A DNA stretch of 64,000 nt from an uncultured delta proteobacterium (lineage in GTDB: Bacteria > Desulfobacterota > Binatia > Binatales > Binataceae), in the NCBI GenBank assembly GCA_963808235.1, contig CAWEEQ010000004.1, positions 768,001 through 832,000 of the forward strand, written 5' to 3'. A program made the translations under genes and the position numbers. Under the pieces are notes generated by a model. That model worked only from the letters and a program-made list of their open reading frames with translations, had not been told where the DNA came from and did no database searches. Shown here one piece after another: positions 1 to 11,235 of this stretch (positions are counted from its first letter, which is position 1; every line of letters begins with the position of its first letter).

Positions 1-252
1 GTCGGATGGCCCGCGCGCGATCTTAAGGCTTCAGAGTTGCGCGCGCTGTTTTTTCATGGCGTCACGATCATCAATTCGCGAATTCGCACTCCCGAGACCT
101 GGCGGCGTGCAATCGCGATAGTGGCGAGCGGTGCCGTTGACCTCGTTCCGATGGTTACCCATCGCTATCCTATTTCGCACGGACTCGAAGCATTCGATTT
201 GCTCCGCGAACGGCGCGGAGTCAAGGCACTGATTATTCCCAGTGAAAAGTGA
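1..252 (+). CDS. Zn-dependent/MDR alcohol dehydrogenase, C-terminal part (5' truncated by window edge)
   Basis: Frame open from base 1; ends VDLVPMVTHRYPISHGLEAFDLL...GVKALI, typical of the MDR C-terminus. Confidence 0.7.
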   Translation, partial: VGWPARDLKASELRALFFHGVTIINSRIRTPETWRRAIAIVASGAVDLVPMVTHRYPISHGLEAFDLLRERRGVKALIIPSEK

Positions 253-287
253 ATAGTGAATAGCTAATAGCTATCTGGAGACCTCGT

Positions 288-1407
288 ATGAGAGACGGAT
301 TCAAGATCGTTGATGTAGATACTCACTTGATGGAACCGGACTACGTATTCGAAAGATATATCGACGAGCGTTACAAGTCCGAGGCGCCAAAAATGGGTAT
401 TGCTCCCGAGTCTGGCCGTCGCACCTTTCTGGTCGAAGGCGAGCCGTTCACGCGCGAGAAGGGAAAGTATCCGATGGCCGCGCCGGGTTTCCTGGACGCA
501 GTGCGCAAGGCGATGAAGCGTTTCGAGCGCGCCGCGAAGCTCGGCTTCAGTCCCGAGAGTCGCCTGCTCGATATGGACGAGCAGGGCGTCGACGTCCAGA
601 TCGTTTATCCGACCGCCGCGGGCCAGATGTTGGGCCGCGAATTTCGTGACCCTAAGCTGCTCGCCGCCTGCTGCCGCGCCTACAACGATTGGAGCGCGGA
701 CTACTGTTCCAAGACCAGCGACCGGGTCAGATGGGCCGCGATCCTTCCGATGCAGGACGTCGGCGAAGCGATCAAAGAGGCCAACAGGGCGGCCGGAAAC
801 GGCGCAATCAGCTTTTACGTTCGACCAAATCCGGTCCGCGGAAGGACAATCTTTCACGAAGACTACATGGCGCTTTGGGCCGAAGTCGAAAAACTCGGAA
901 CGTCCGATCTCCACCCACGACTCGGGATCGGCATCGGTCGAATCGTTCGGCGATCGGATGGATACTCACGTCACCGGGCACATATTGTCGCACCCGTTCG
1001 AAGCGATGGCAGCGATGGCGGGGCTCATCTGGTACGGCGTCATCGAGAAATTTCCGAAGCTGCGGGTAGTGCAGGTCGAAGCCGACGGGGGATGGGTCCC
1101 TTACTGGTTACAGCGGATGGAACAGCATTGGGACTTCAGCGGAAATTCGGAACACGAGTATCTGAGCAGACGGCCGACTGAGTATTTCAAAAGTAACTTC
1201 TACGTGGCATTTCGTGGCGACGAGCCGACCATGAAGGCTGCCCTCGACATAGTTGGCGACGGCAACTTCCTCTGGGACACTGACTATCCACATCCCGACG
1301 GGACATTTCCTTGGGGCATCGGCGCGATGCTCAAGCAGTCAATCCCGGAATCGAGCAAGCGCAAGATCCTGTGGGATAATGCCGCTCGCGCGTTCGGATT
1401 CAACTGA
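288..1407 (+). CDS. Amidohydrolase_2 family protein, split by an apparent +1 insertion near 899
   Basis: N-terminal D-x-D-T-H metal motif in ORF 288-1181; C-terminal TDYPHPD and KILWDNAARAF in ORF 646-1407; frames join at KLG/RPISTHD. Confidence 0.8.
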
Positions 1408-1494
1408 GTAATCAAAGTAGCGCTCGAGTCCACGCACGAACAGGATTCGTTCGGAGGCAACGTCCGCGAATGGCTCGCGGGACCGAACTGGACC

Positions 1495-2931
1495 CTAACT
1501 GGCGAGCTTCTTTCGCAAGGTGTCGTTGATCACTCTGGGATTTGCCTTCCCGCCCATCGCCTTCATCACCGCGCCGACGAAGAATCCAAAAAGCTTGTCG
1601 CGACCCGCGCGATACTCGGCGACTTTTTCAGGCTCTGCCGCAAGCACCTTATCGCATGCCGCCGCGATCGCTCCCTCATCCGAAACTTGCGCGAGTCCAA
1701 GCGCGGCGATCGTTTTCGCTGCTCCGTCACCGGATTTGACCATCGCGGCAAATGCCGTCTTGGCCGCATTGAGGCTGATCTTCTGTTCCTCGATCATCCT
1801 CAACAGCGCGCCGACTTCCGCCGCCGGCGGCGCCGCTTCGCCGAGCGCTTTGCCAGAGTCGTGTGCGACGCGCAGCACTTCAGTCATTACCCAGTTCGCT
1901 GCGCTCTTTCGATTCTTGAGTCCCGGCAGGACCGCTTCGAAATAATCGGCCACTTCACGATCCGAGGTAAGCACGCCTGCCTCGTAGTCTGTGAGGCCCT
2001 CGCGAACATAGCGGGCGCGCCGGTCTGCCGGGAGTTCGGGCATCGACGCTCGCACTTGCTCGACCAGCTCGGGAGGAATGATCAGCGGTGGCAGGTCGGG
2101 CTCCGGAAAGTAGCGATAGTCATTCGCATACTCTTTCGAGCGCATCGACCGCGTCTCTTTTCGGACCGGATCCCACAGATGAGTTTCCTGCGGTACCTTG
2201 CCGCCCGCTTCGACAATCTCTATTTGCCGCGCAACCTCATACTCAATAGCGTCCTCGACGAAACGGAACGAGTTGAGGTTTTTGATCTCGGTCCTGACTC
2301 CGTATTCCTTCGCGCCGCGCTTGCGCACCGAGACGTTACAATCGCATCGAAAGCTTCCTTCCTCCATCTTGCCGTCGGACGCATCGACGTATCGAAGTAT
2401 CGCGCGCAGTTGGCGCAAATAAGCGCCCGCATCTTCAGCCGAGCGCAGGTCGGGCTCGCTGACAATCTCGATCAGTGGCACTCCTGAGCGATTGAAATCG
2501 ACCAGGCTGGCGCTCTCGCCGTGGATATTCTTGCCCGCATCTTCCTCGATATGAATCCGCGTCAGACCAATTCGGCGCGGTTCGCCATTACCGTTTGCGG
2601 GCAGGTCGATGTAGCCACCCTTGCAAATCGGAGTTTCGTACTGACTAATCTGATAACCCTTGGGCAGGTCCGGATAGAAATAGCTCTTTCGATCGAAAAT
2701 AGAATAGGGCGTGATAGTGCAATGCGCTGCCAGCCCGGTCCGAATAGCTAATTCCACTACCCGTCGATTGAGTACCGGCAGCACGCCAGGCATGCCCATG
2801 CAGATCGGACAGACGTTTGCGTTCGGCTCCGCGCCGAACTTCGTCGAGCATCCGCAAAACAGTTTCGAGCGAGTCAGAAGATGGGTATGGACTTCGAGTC
2901 CGATCACCGCTTCGTATGCTTCAGAATTCAT
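1495..2931 (-). CDS. gatB: Asp/Glu-tRNA amidotransferase subunit B
   Basis: IGLEVH, RKSYFYPDLPKGYQISQ, EEDAGK, RSKE-x-A-x-DYRYFPEPDLPP. Confidence 0.98.
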   Translation of the reverse strand: MNSEAYEAVIGLEVHTHLLTRSKLFCGCSTKFGAEPNANVCPICMGMPGVLPVLNRRVVELAIRTGLAAHCTITPYSIFDRKSYFYPDLPKGYQISQYETPICKGGYIDLPANGNGEPRRIGLTRIHIEEDAGKNIHGESASLVDFNRSGVPLIEIVSEPDLRSAEDAGAYLRQLRAILRYVDASDGKMEEGSFRCDCNVSVRKRGAKEYGVRTEIKNLNSFRFVEDAIEYEVARQIEIVEAGGKVPQETHLWDPVRKETRSMRSKEYANDYRYFPEPDLPPLIIPPELVEQVRASMPELPADRRARYVREGLTDYEAGVLTSDREVADYFEAVLPGLKNRKSAANWVMTEVLRVAHDSGKALGEAAPPAAEVGALLRMIEEQKISLNAAKTAFAAMVKSGDGAAKTIAALGLAQVSDEGAIAAACDKVLAAEPEKVAEYRAGRDKLFGFFVGAVMKAMGGKANPRVINDTLRKKLAS

Positions 2932-2943
2932 CGCAACTTCCCG

Positions 2944-4404
2944 TCAGACTGCGGGTGTCCGTGGCTTGGACGCTCCAGTGCGCTCGAACGCGTCGCCCGC
3001 CCGCAAAATCGTTTCTTCGGCAAATGGCGGCGCGATCAATTGCATCCCAATCGGCAGGCGATGCGAATCGTAGCCGCACGGAATCGACATTCCCGGCAGG
3101 CCGGCCAGGTTCACCGAAATAGTAAAAATGTCCGATAAGTACATCGTGAGCGGATCGTTCATTTTCTCGCCGATCTTGAACGCGGTCGTCGGCGCGACCG
3201 GCGTGACGATCAAATCGCACTTCTCGAACGCGCGCTCGAAGTCGTTGCGAATCAGGGTGCGCACTTTCTGACCTTTCAGATAGTACGCGTCATAGTAGCC
3301 CGCCGAGAGCGCGAACGTGCCGAGCATGATCCGTCGCTTGACCTCCGCGCCGAATCCCTGCGCCCGAGTAGTTTCATACAGCTCGATATTGTCCTCCGCG
3401 CTCGCGCGCAGGCCGAAGCGGATGCCATCATAGCGCGCGAGATTGGCGCTCGCCTCCGCAGTCGCGACCAGGTAATACGCCGCGATCGCATAGCCCGTGT
3501 GCGGCAACGAGATCTCAACCGTCGATGCGCCGAGCGATTCGTAGTTCTTCAGCGCCGCGCGCACCGACCTTTCGACTTCAGGTTCCATTCCTTCGACGAA
3601 AAATTCTTTCGGGACACCGATCCTGAGACCCTTCACGTTGCCGGTCAGCGCGTGCTCGTAGTCGGGCACCGGACGCGCCGAGCAGGTTGAATCGCAAGGG
3701 TCCTTGCCCGCAAGCGTGCGCAGCATGATCGCGGCATCGCGAACCGACTTTGCAAACGGTCCGACTTGATCGAGTGACGATGCGTACGCGACGACGCCGT
3801 AGCGGCTGACCCGGCTGTAAGTCGGCTTGAGTCCGACCACTCCGCAAAACGACGCCGGCTCGCGAATCGATCCTCCCGTGTCCGTGCCGAGCGCGCCCAG
3901 GCATTCATGCGCCGCGACCGCCGCCGCCGATCCACCAGACGATCCGCCGGCGACTCGGCCCGTGTCGTGCGGATTCAAGGTCGGCCCGAACGCCGAATTC
4001 TCCGTCGACGAACCCATCGCGAATTCATCCATGTTCGTCTTGCCGACGAACACCGCGCCATCGGCACGAAGGCGCGCGATCACCGTCGCATCGAAAGGCG
4101 GCACGAAATTCTCGAGGATTCGCGACGCGCACGTCGTGCGAACACCTTTGGTCGCGTAGATGTCCTTGATTCCCAGCGGAATTCCGCACAACGCCGGCGC
4201 ATCGCCTGCCGCAAGCCGCGCGTCTGCCTGACGCGCCTGCGCGGCCGCTTCCTTCTCGCACACAGTAATGAATGCATTAAGCTTCGGCTCGACTGCCGCA
4301 ATTCGGCCGAGACAATCGCGCGTCAGTTGAAGCGCCGAGATTTCGCGCTTACGCAGCATAGCGGACGCTTCCGCGATCGTGAGCTTGTTGAGTTCCGAGG
4401 CCAT
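2944..4404 (-). CDS. gatA: Asp/Glu-tRNA amidotransferase subunit A
   Basis: Amidase signature [34 protein letters not shown]; lies between gatC and gatB. Confidence 0.98.
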   Translation of the reverse strand: MASELNKLTIAEASAMLRKREISALQLTRDCLGRIAAVEPKLNAFITVCEKEAAAQARQADARLAAGDAPALCGIPLGIKDIYATKGVRTTCASRILENFVPPFDATVIARLRADGAVFVGKTNMDEFAMGSSTENSAFGPTLNPHDTGRVAGGSSGGSAAAVAAHECLGALGTDTGGSIREPASFCGVVGLKPTYSRVSRYGVVAYASSLDQVGPFAKSVRDAAIMLRTLAGKDPCDSTCSARPVPDYEHALTGNVKGLRIGVPKEFFVEGMEPEVERSVRAALKNYESLGASTVEISLPHTGYAIAAYYLVATAEASANLARYDGIRFGLRASAEDNIELYETTRAQGFGAEVKRRIMLGTFALSAGYYDAYYLKGQKVRTLIRNDFERAFEKCDLIVTPVAPTTAFKIGEKMNDPLTMYLSDIFTISVNLAGLPGMSIPCGYDSHRLPIGMQLIAPPFAEETILRAGDAFERTGASKPRTPAV

Positions 4405-4410
4405 TACTTT

Positions 4411-4707
4411 CTATTCGATAATTTTCGGAACTTTGAAGTAGTTGCGATCACGCGACGGAGCATTCGCGAGCATAGCGTCCGCCGCCGGCTGATTCGTCAC
4501 TTCGTCGTCGCGCATCGGAGTTCCCGCCTCGCCGACCTGGGTCGTCGGCGCAACCTCCCCGGTATCCAGCTCGTTCAGCTTGTCCACGTATGCGAGCATC
4601 TCGTCCATGTCGGCGCGCACGGCCTCTTCCTGATCCGCCGAGAGCCGCAGCCGCGCCAGGCGCGCGACGTGGCGAACCTGTTCCAGCGTTATTTTCGTTT
4701 CAGCCAT
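4411..4707 (-). CDS. gatC: Asp/Glu-tRNA amidotransferase subunit C
   Basis: MAETKITLEQVRHVARLARL...NAP...YFKVPKIIE; ATG at 4707 gives 98 aa. Confidence 0.95.
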   Translation of the reverse strand: MAETKITLEQVRHVARLARLRLSADQEEAVRADMDEMLAYVDKLNELDTGEVAPTTQVGEAGTPMRDDEVTNQPAADAMLANAPSRDRNYFKVPKIIE

Positions 4708-5105
4708 TGCGGTCGCGTAAGTCCTTTTTTTGCTTCCGCGCAAATCGTAACATTCCCCGAGATTCATGTCAGTCGGTACACGGCACGGGTTGCCGCCGCG
4801 GAGAGCGGGCGTAATTTGTGCCGGGAGGCCATTTTTGCCCGGGTTGCCATTAGTTGCCATCCTGGGAACCGAGGGCGTCGGTCGGCGGCGGTGGGCGATG
4901 AGGAAAGCCGTATCAGATATGGGGAATCGAGTTGCCGGAGTTGTTGGCGGACGCCGAAATTGAATCGCGACAGTTCGTTTACAGAAGGATGTCACAGTGA
5001 ATAAAGTTTGCGCAGCGAAGATGACGATCGTGGTTCAACACAGAAGAGATTGTACCGGGGCGGTTTGACAACGGTTGTCAGGAAGGTCGCAAACGCGGGT
5101 CGGGT

Positions 5106-5510
5106 ATGATCAAGCCGCGCGATGTGATTTCCCGGGCGGTTGCATTGGTTGGGCGGCTTCGGGAAGAGTTGCCGCTTGGCCGCGCCGGCGAGCGAGCCGC
5201 CGAAAAGTATTTGAAGCGCAACGGTTACAGGATCGTCGCGAGGAACTTCCGCGCCGCCGGAGCGGAAATCGATATGGTGGCGATGGACGGCGATACGTTG
5301 GTGTTCGTCGAGGTGAAGACCCGGCGCAGCCGTATCGCCGGTGCGCCGGAGGAGGCCGTTGATAAGCGCAAGCAGCATCGGATGCGCCGTGCGGCCGAAG
5401 CGTTTTTGGTGCAGTATCGAGCGGGTGAGAAGGAGCTGCGCTTCGATATCGTGGCGGTGGACGCTGGGGGGAAGCGGCTGGGGATTGAACTTTTGAGGAA
5501 TGCGTTCTGA
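5106..5510 (+). CDS. yraN: YraN/UPF0102 family PD-(D/E)XK nuclease-like protein
   Basis: GERAAEKYL..GYRIVARNFR..EIDMV..LVFVEVKTR..RFDIVAV..NAF. Confidence 0.92.
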   Translation: MIKPRDVISRAVALVGRLREELPLGRAGERAAEKYLKRNGYRIVARNFRAAGAEIDMVAMDGDTLVFVEVKTRRSRIAGAPEEAVDKRKQHRMRRAAEAFLVQYRAGEKELRFDIVAVDAGGKRLGIELLRNAF

Positions 5511-6850
<1,340 letters not shown>

Positions 6851-6893
6851 GAGAGAGATTTGGGTAGCCTCATCGCGGATTCGGAGCGGAGCA

Positions 6894-6980
6894 GAATCTT
6901 GAATCGCGCGCTTAGAGATGCGCGCTGAATAAGGTCCCTCACCTTCGATCATCTCCCATTGGGAGAGGGGAAGAGGCGAT
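6894..6980. repeat. 87-bp direct repeat copy 1 (GCGCGC-8 nt-GCGCGC hairpin plus CCCTCACC...TCTCCC-ATT-GGGAGA REP-like hairpin)
   Basis: 79/87 identical to 7461-7547 by manual alignment. Confidence 0.93.
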
Positions 6981-7029
6981 CCGCTCCTATCGGGTAGAGA
7001 GGATGAGGAGTCGGGGCAGTGTGCCAGGC

Positions 7030-7407
7030 TCAGCTTCGATCATCTCCTATCTCCAGAGGGGAGTCAGAGCTCAGAAATTTCGCGATCTCGGCTAGCACCA
7101 GGTCGGTGTTCTCGAGCACTTGATCATTCCAGAATCGGAGTACGCGATATCGCAGCGAATTCAGGAAAGAGGTGCGCTTATGGTCTTCGTCGGCTTGTGC
7201 TGCGTGCTGGCCGCCATCGAGTTCGATTATAATCTGGAGTTCGGGTGAACAAAAATCCGCGAAGTACGGACCGATCGGAAATTGGCGACGGAACTTGACG
7301 TTGCACATTCGCCTGCCGCGCAGCTGACGCCATAGGATTTGTTCGGCTGGGGTCTGCTCGCGGCGCAGTCTGCGGGCGGTTTGGTGAGAGGATTCGGACG
7401 AAGGCAT
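7030..7407 (-). CDS. DUF559 (Vsr-like / very-short-patch-repair fold) endonuclease domain protein
   Basis: ARRLRREQTPAEQILW..KFRRQFPIGPYFADF..IIELDGGQH..D..R..FL...YRVLRFWN; likely ATG at 7407. Confidence 0.92.
   Translation of the reverse strand: MPSSESSHQTARRLRREQTPAEQILWRQLRGRRMCNVKFRRQFPIGPYFADFCSPELQIIIELDGGQHAAQADEDHKRTSFLNSLRYRVLRFWNDQVLENTDLVLAEIAKFLSSDSPLEIGDDRS
7034..7062. repeat. Degenerate third copy of the REP-like half, inside the 3' end of the DUF559 gene
   Basis: CTTCGATCATCTCCtatctccAGAGGGGA versus CTTCGATCATCTCCcattgggAGAGGGGA in copy 1. Confidence 0.75.
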
Positions 7408-7460
7408 GAATGGATAAATTTCGCGCCCGCGAATGAAAAAACAAGGCACCTGGGGAACCG

Positions 7461-7547
7461 GAATTTTGAATCGCGCGCCAAAAAACGCGCGCTGGATAAG
7501 GTCCCTCACCTTCGATCCTCTCCCATTGGGAGAGGGGAAGAGGCGAT
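7461..7547. repeat. 87-bp direct repeat copy 2
   Basis: Matches 6894-6980; lies upstream of the DUF559 start. Confidence 0.93.
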
Positions 7548-7746
7548 TAAGTCTGGTGATTTCGCGCTAGATTCTCGATGCCGTGGATCAATTCGCGCAG
7601 GTCTTCGCGGCGAGTCTCGGGGACCTTACGATTTCCACTTGATTGGCGACTATCCATTTGCCGAAATATATAGCTGAACGCGGCACGAAGCTGCTGATTC
7701 CAGTAATTTCGCCCTAAATTCGCTGATTCACTTCGATTTCCAGCCT

Positions 7747-7780
7747 CCGTAACATTCCCGAAACAATCGATGCGTATGAT
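7747..7780 (+). promoter_or_regulatory. PHO-box-type promoter of the pst/pho operon
   Basis: CCGTAAC-attc-CCGAAAC (11-bp period, 7747-7764), exactly 10 bp before TATGAT (7775-7780), the canonical PhoB promoter geometry. Confidence 0.7.
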
Positions 7781-7804
7781 TTCCACGACGGAACCCTCAA
7801 AATT

Positions 7805-8854
7805 GTGGAGAGTCCGCAAAATCTGAAGGAAGAGCATCGCTTGTCCGAATTAGAAAGTTCGATGGACGACAGCGTCGCGCGCGATAGCGCTCCCTCCGTT
7901 CGCCGCGAACGCGCGAGGACGCCGGTGCATGTGCGTCTGTTCGGCGATCGCATCTTCAACGCCGCCACCTTCGTGCTCGCCCTTTCGATCCTCGCACTGC
8001 TGTTTGGACTTGCGATCGCGCTGATCATCAGCAGCTTCCCCGCGATTCGCGCCTTCGGACTGCATTTCTTTGTCAGCTCGAATTGGGATCCGGTTACCGA
8101 TCAGTACGGCGCGCTGCCCTTCATCTATGGAACCTTCGTATCGTCATTCCTCGCGTTGATAATCGCGGTGCCGCTGAGCCTAGGCGTCGCGCTATGCCTG
8201 AGCGAGATGGCGCCCGACTGGCTCAGCCATCGGCTGGGATTTCTGGTCGATCTGCTCGCCGCGATCCCGAGCGTCGTCTACGGACTGTGGGCGGTGTTCG
8301 TGATGGGCCCGTGGATTCGCGATTACCTCGAGCCGCCGCTGGCGCATCACCTCGGCTTCCTCCCTTTTTTCCAGGGTCCGAAAGTGTCGGTCGGGATGCT
8401 ATCGGCGGGAGTAATTCTCGCCATCATGATCATTCCTTACATCTCGTCGGTGTGCACCGACGTCTTTCGCGTCGTTCCACATACCCAGCGAGAGGCGGCG
8501 CTAGCGCTTGGCGCGACCAAGTGGGAGATGGTCAAGACTGCGGTAATCCCATACGGCATGACCGGCGTGATCGGCGCGATCATCCTGGGTCTCGGGCGAG
8601 CGCTCGGCGAGACGATCGCGGTTGCGATGGTGATCGGCAACTCGGCGGAGATTTCCGCGTCTCTATTCAAGCCGGCCGCGACCCTGGCCAGCGTCATCGC
8701 CAACGAGTTCGCCGAAGCGACTTCCGACATGTACGTCGCCGCGTTGATCGAACTTGGACTGGTGCTGTTGATCCTCGGAATCGCGCTCAACGTGGTTGCG
8801 CGCGCGCTGGTCCTCGGTGTGCAGCAGCGGCGCTACCGCGAGGTGGGCCGATAA
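7805..8854 (+). CDS. pstC: Phosphate ABC transporter permease PstC (start could be 7841 or 7862)
   Basis: YGALPFIYGT, DLLAAIPSVVYGLW, EAA motif REAALALGATKWE, GRALGETIAV. Confidence 0.96.
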   Translation: MESPQNLKEEHRLSELESSMDDSVARDSAPSVRRERARTPVHVRLFGDRIFNAATFVLALSILALLFGLAIALIISSFPAIRAFGLHFFVSSNWDPVTDQYGALPFIYGTFVSSFLALIIAVPLSLGVALCLSEMAPDWLSHRLGFLVDLLAAIPSVVYGLWAVFVMGPWIRDYLEPPLAHHLGFLPFFQGPKVSVGMLSAGVILAIMIIPYISSVCTDVFRVVPHTQREAALALGATKWEMVKTAVIPYGMTGVIGAIILGLGRALGETIAVAMVIGNSAEISASLFKPAATLASVIANEFAEATSDMYVAALIELGLVLLILGIALNVVARALVLGVQQRRYREVGR

Positions 8855-9729
8855 TGGCAGCGGGCGCCAGTGCTCTTCGCGGCGAGACCAGCTATCGGTA
8901 TCGCAAGTTCAAGAGCGACTCGATGATGGCGATTACGGTCGGTGCGACGATCCTCACCTTGATCCCGCTCTTCCTCGTGCTCGGCTACCTGCTCACCAAG
9001 GGCGTCGCCAGTCTCAACTGGGCGTTCTTCACGCATATGCCGGCGCCGGTCGGTGAGAAGGGCGGGGGGATGGCCAACGCGATCGTCGGGACATTAGAAG
9101 TGGTGGGTATCGCGTGCCTGATCGGAGTGCCGATCGGAGTCGGCGCGGGCCTCTATCTCGCCGCCAATCGTGCGCGCCAGTTCACGAATTGGGTGCGCTT
9201 TTCGGCCGACGTCCTGATGGGCGTGCCTTCGATCGTGGTCGGAATCTTCGCCTATGCGATCGTCGTGCGCCCGTTCGGCGGCTTCTCGACGCTGGCGGGA
9301 TCGGTCGCGCTCGCGGCGATCATGATCCCGCTGGTCACACGAACCACCGAGGAGATGGTGCTGCTGGTGCCGCCCGAACTGCGCGAGGCGTCGCTCGCGC
9401 TCGGGGTGCCGCAATGGCGCACGACGCTGTCTGTAGTCGCGCGCACCGCGCTGTCCGGAATCGCCACCGGCGTCATCCTGGCGATCGCGCGAGTCGCCGG
9501 CGAGACCGCGCCGCTGCTGTTTACCGCATTCGGTAATCGGTTCTGGTCGACCTCGCTCTTTCATCCGATCAACACGCTGACGGTCCAGGTTTACACCTAC
9601 GCGATCTCGCCGTTTGCCGACTGGCAGCGGCAGGCGTGGGCCGGGGCGCTGGTGCTTACGGGAATAATTCTCACGCTCGAGTTGGGCGTGCGATGGGTGA
9701 CGGGTGGGGCGGCGAAAGCGCCAAGGTAA
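8854..9729 (+). CDS. pstA: Phosphate ABC transporter permease PstA
   Basis: TAATG coupling to pstC; [31 protein letters not shown]. Confidence 0.96.
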   Translation: MAAGASALRGETSYRYRKFKSDSMMAITVGATILTLIPLFLVLGYLLTKGVASLNWAFFTHMPAPVGEKGGGMANAIVGTLEVVGIACLIGVPIGVGAGLYLAANRARQFTNWVRFSADVLMGVPSIVVGIFAYAIVVRPFGGFSTLAGSVALAAIMIPLVTRTTEEMVLLVPPELREASLALGVPQWRTTLSVVARTALSGIATGVILAIARVAGETAPLLFTAFGNRFWSTSLFHPINTLTVQVYTYAISPFADWQRQAWAGALVLTGIILTLELGVRWVTGGAAKAPR

Positions 9730-9731
9730 CC

Positions 9732-10493
9732 ATGGCCGAAAAACTTGTCGTCAAACAGCTCAACGCGTACTTTCACAAGAATCGCGCGCTGCACGACGTT
9801 AGCCTCGCCTTCGAGGAAAATCGCGTCGCCGCGATCATCGGTCCCTCGGGATGCGGCAAATCCACTTTGGTGCGATGCCTCAACCGGATGCATGAGGTCG
9901 TGCCCGGCGCGACGGCCACCGGCGAGGTGATGCTCGACGGGAATAACATCTACGGCGAAGATGTCGATCCGGTGCAGGTGCGGCGCCGAATCGGGATGGT
10001 ATTCCAGAAGCCGACGCCGTTTCCGACCATGTCGATCGAAGACAATGTAGCCGCCGGCCTGACGCTGAACGGCGTGAGTATCAGCCGCGCCGAGCGCGAC
10101 CAGGTAATCGAGCGAAGCCTGCGCCAGGCGGCCCTTTGGGAAGAAGTGAAGGATCGTTTGCGCCGGCCCGGCGCGAGTCTTTCCGGCGGGCAGCAGCAGC
10201 GCCTATGCGTCGCCCGCGCACTCGCGGTTCAGCCCGAGGTGCTCCTGATGGACGAGCCGTGCTCCGCGCTCGATCCGATCTCCACCGCGCGCATCGAGGA
10301 ACTATTGCTGGAACTGAAGTCGGCGTACACTATCGTCATAGTGACGCACAACATGCAGCAAGCTGCACGCTGCTCCGACATGACAGCCTTCATGTACACC
10401 GGCGATCTGGTCGAATACGGCGAGACCAAGCAGATATTTACGAATCCCACCCGGCGCGAGACTGAAGATTACATCACCGGGCGGTTCGGCTGA
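9732..10493 (+). CDS. pstB: Phosphate ABC transporter ATPase PstB
   Basis: [40 protein letters not shown]. Confidence 0.97.
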   Translation: MAEKLVVKQLNAYFHKNRALHDVSLAFEENRVAAIIGPSGCGKSTLVRCLNRMHEVVPGATATGEVMLDGNNIYGEDVDPVQVRRRIGMVFQKPTPFPTMSIEDNVAAGLTLNGVSISRAERDQVIERSLRQAALWEEVKDRLRRPGASLSGGQQQRLCVARALAVQPEVLLMDEPCSALDPISTARIEELLLELKSAYTIVIVTHNMQQAARCSDMTAFMYTGDLVEYGETKQIFTNPTRRETEDYITGRFG

Positions 10494-10510
10494 GATCGCT
10501 GGAGACGCAA

Positions 10511-11215
10511 ATGGATAGCACACAGCCGCAGCATACCAACAGGCAATACGAAGAGGATTTGCGCGCCTTGCGGGCCGGTCTGCTCAAGATGGGCGGACTG
10601 GTCGAGCGGCAGATTGCCGAAGCCGTCGAGGCGCTGGTCAATCGGGACAGCGAGCACGCCCGCGAAGTGATTCAGCGCGACGACGAAGTTAACAAGATGG
10701 ACACCGAGAACGACGAGCAATGCATCCGCCTGCTCGCGCTCCATCAGCCCACAGCCAGCGATTTGCGCTTCATCACGACCGGCCTCAAGATTACGACCGA
10801 CCTCGAACGAATCGGCGACAACGCCGTCAACATCTGCGAGCGCTCCCTCGAACTCAACGAGGTACCGCAGCTTAAACCTTATATCGACCTGCCGCGGATG
10901 GCCGAGATCGCGCAGTCGATGGTCAAGGATAGTATCGACGCGTTCATGCGCGACGATACCGAGCTCGCCGACCAGGTGATCGCCCGCGATGACGAAGTCG
11001 ATCTGCTCAACTACCAGGTCTATCGCGAGCTGCTCAGCTACATGGCGGAGGACCCGCACACGATTGCGTCCGCGACCCGCCTGCTGTTCGTCTCAAAGTA
11101 CCTCGAACGCATCGCCGATCACGCGACCAACATCGCCGAGATGGTCACCTACATGGTCAAGGGCAAAATGATTCGTCACATGGAAAGCAAGAAGCGGGGA
11201 ACCGGAACGGAGTAA
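10511..11215 (+). CDS. phoU: Phosphate signalling protein PhoU
   Basis: Duplicated DLERIGD / YLERIADHATNIAE motifs. Confidence 0.97.
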   Translation: MDSTQPQHTNRQYEEDLRALRAGLLKMGGLVERQIAEAVEALVNRDSEHAREVIQRDDEVNKMDTENDEQCIRLLALHQPTASDLRFITTGLKITTDLERIGDNAVNICERSLELNEVPQLKPYIDLPRMAEIAQSMVKDSIDAFMRDDTELADQVIARDDEVDLLNYQVYRELLSYMAEDPHTIASATRLLFVSKYLERIADHATNIAEMVTYMVKGKMIRHMESKKRGTGTE

Positions 11216-11235
11216 GCGGGGAGGAGGGGGAGCGA

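Noticed and set aside
4746-4757. CGTAACATTCCC, identical to part of the pst PHO box, upstream of gatC
   Set aside because: No second half-site at 11 bp; on the minus strand it reads as an extended -10 (TGTTACGAT) for gatC.
3907-5004. Long opposite-strand or alternate-frame ORFs (also 53274-54668, 57364-58320, 14600-15640)
   Set aside because: They shadow well-supported genes, are Arg-rich and lack motifs, as expected in GC-rich DNA.
6894-7547. Repeats as a CRISPR array or IS terminal inverted repeats
   Set aside because: Only two full copies, 87 bp long and in direct orientation, separated by a gene; no cas or transposase gene.
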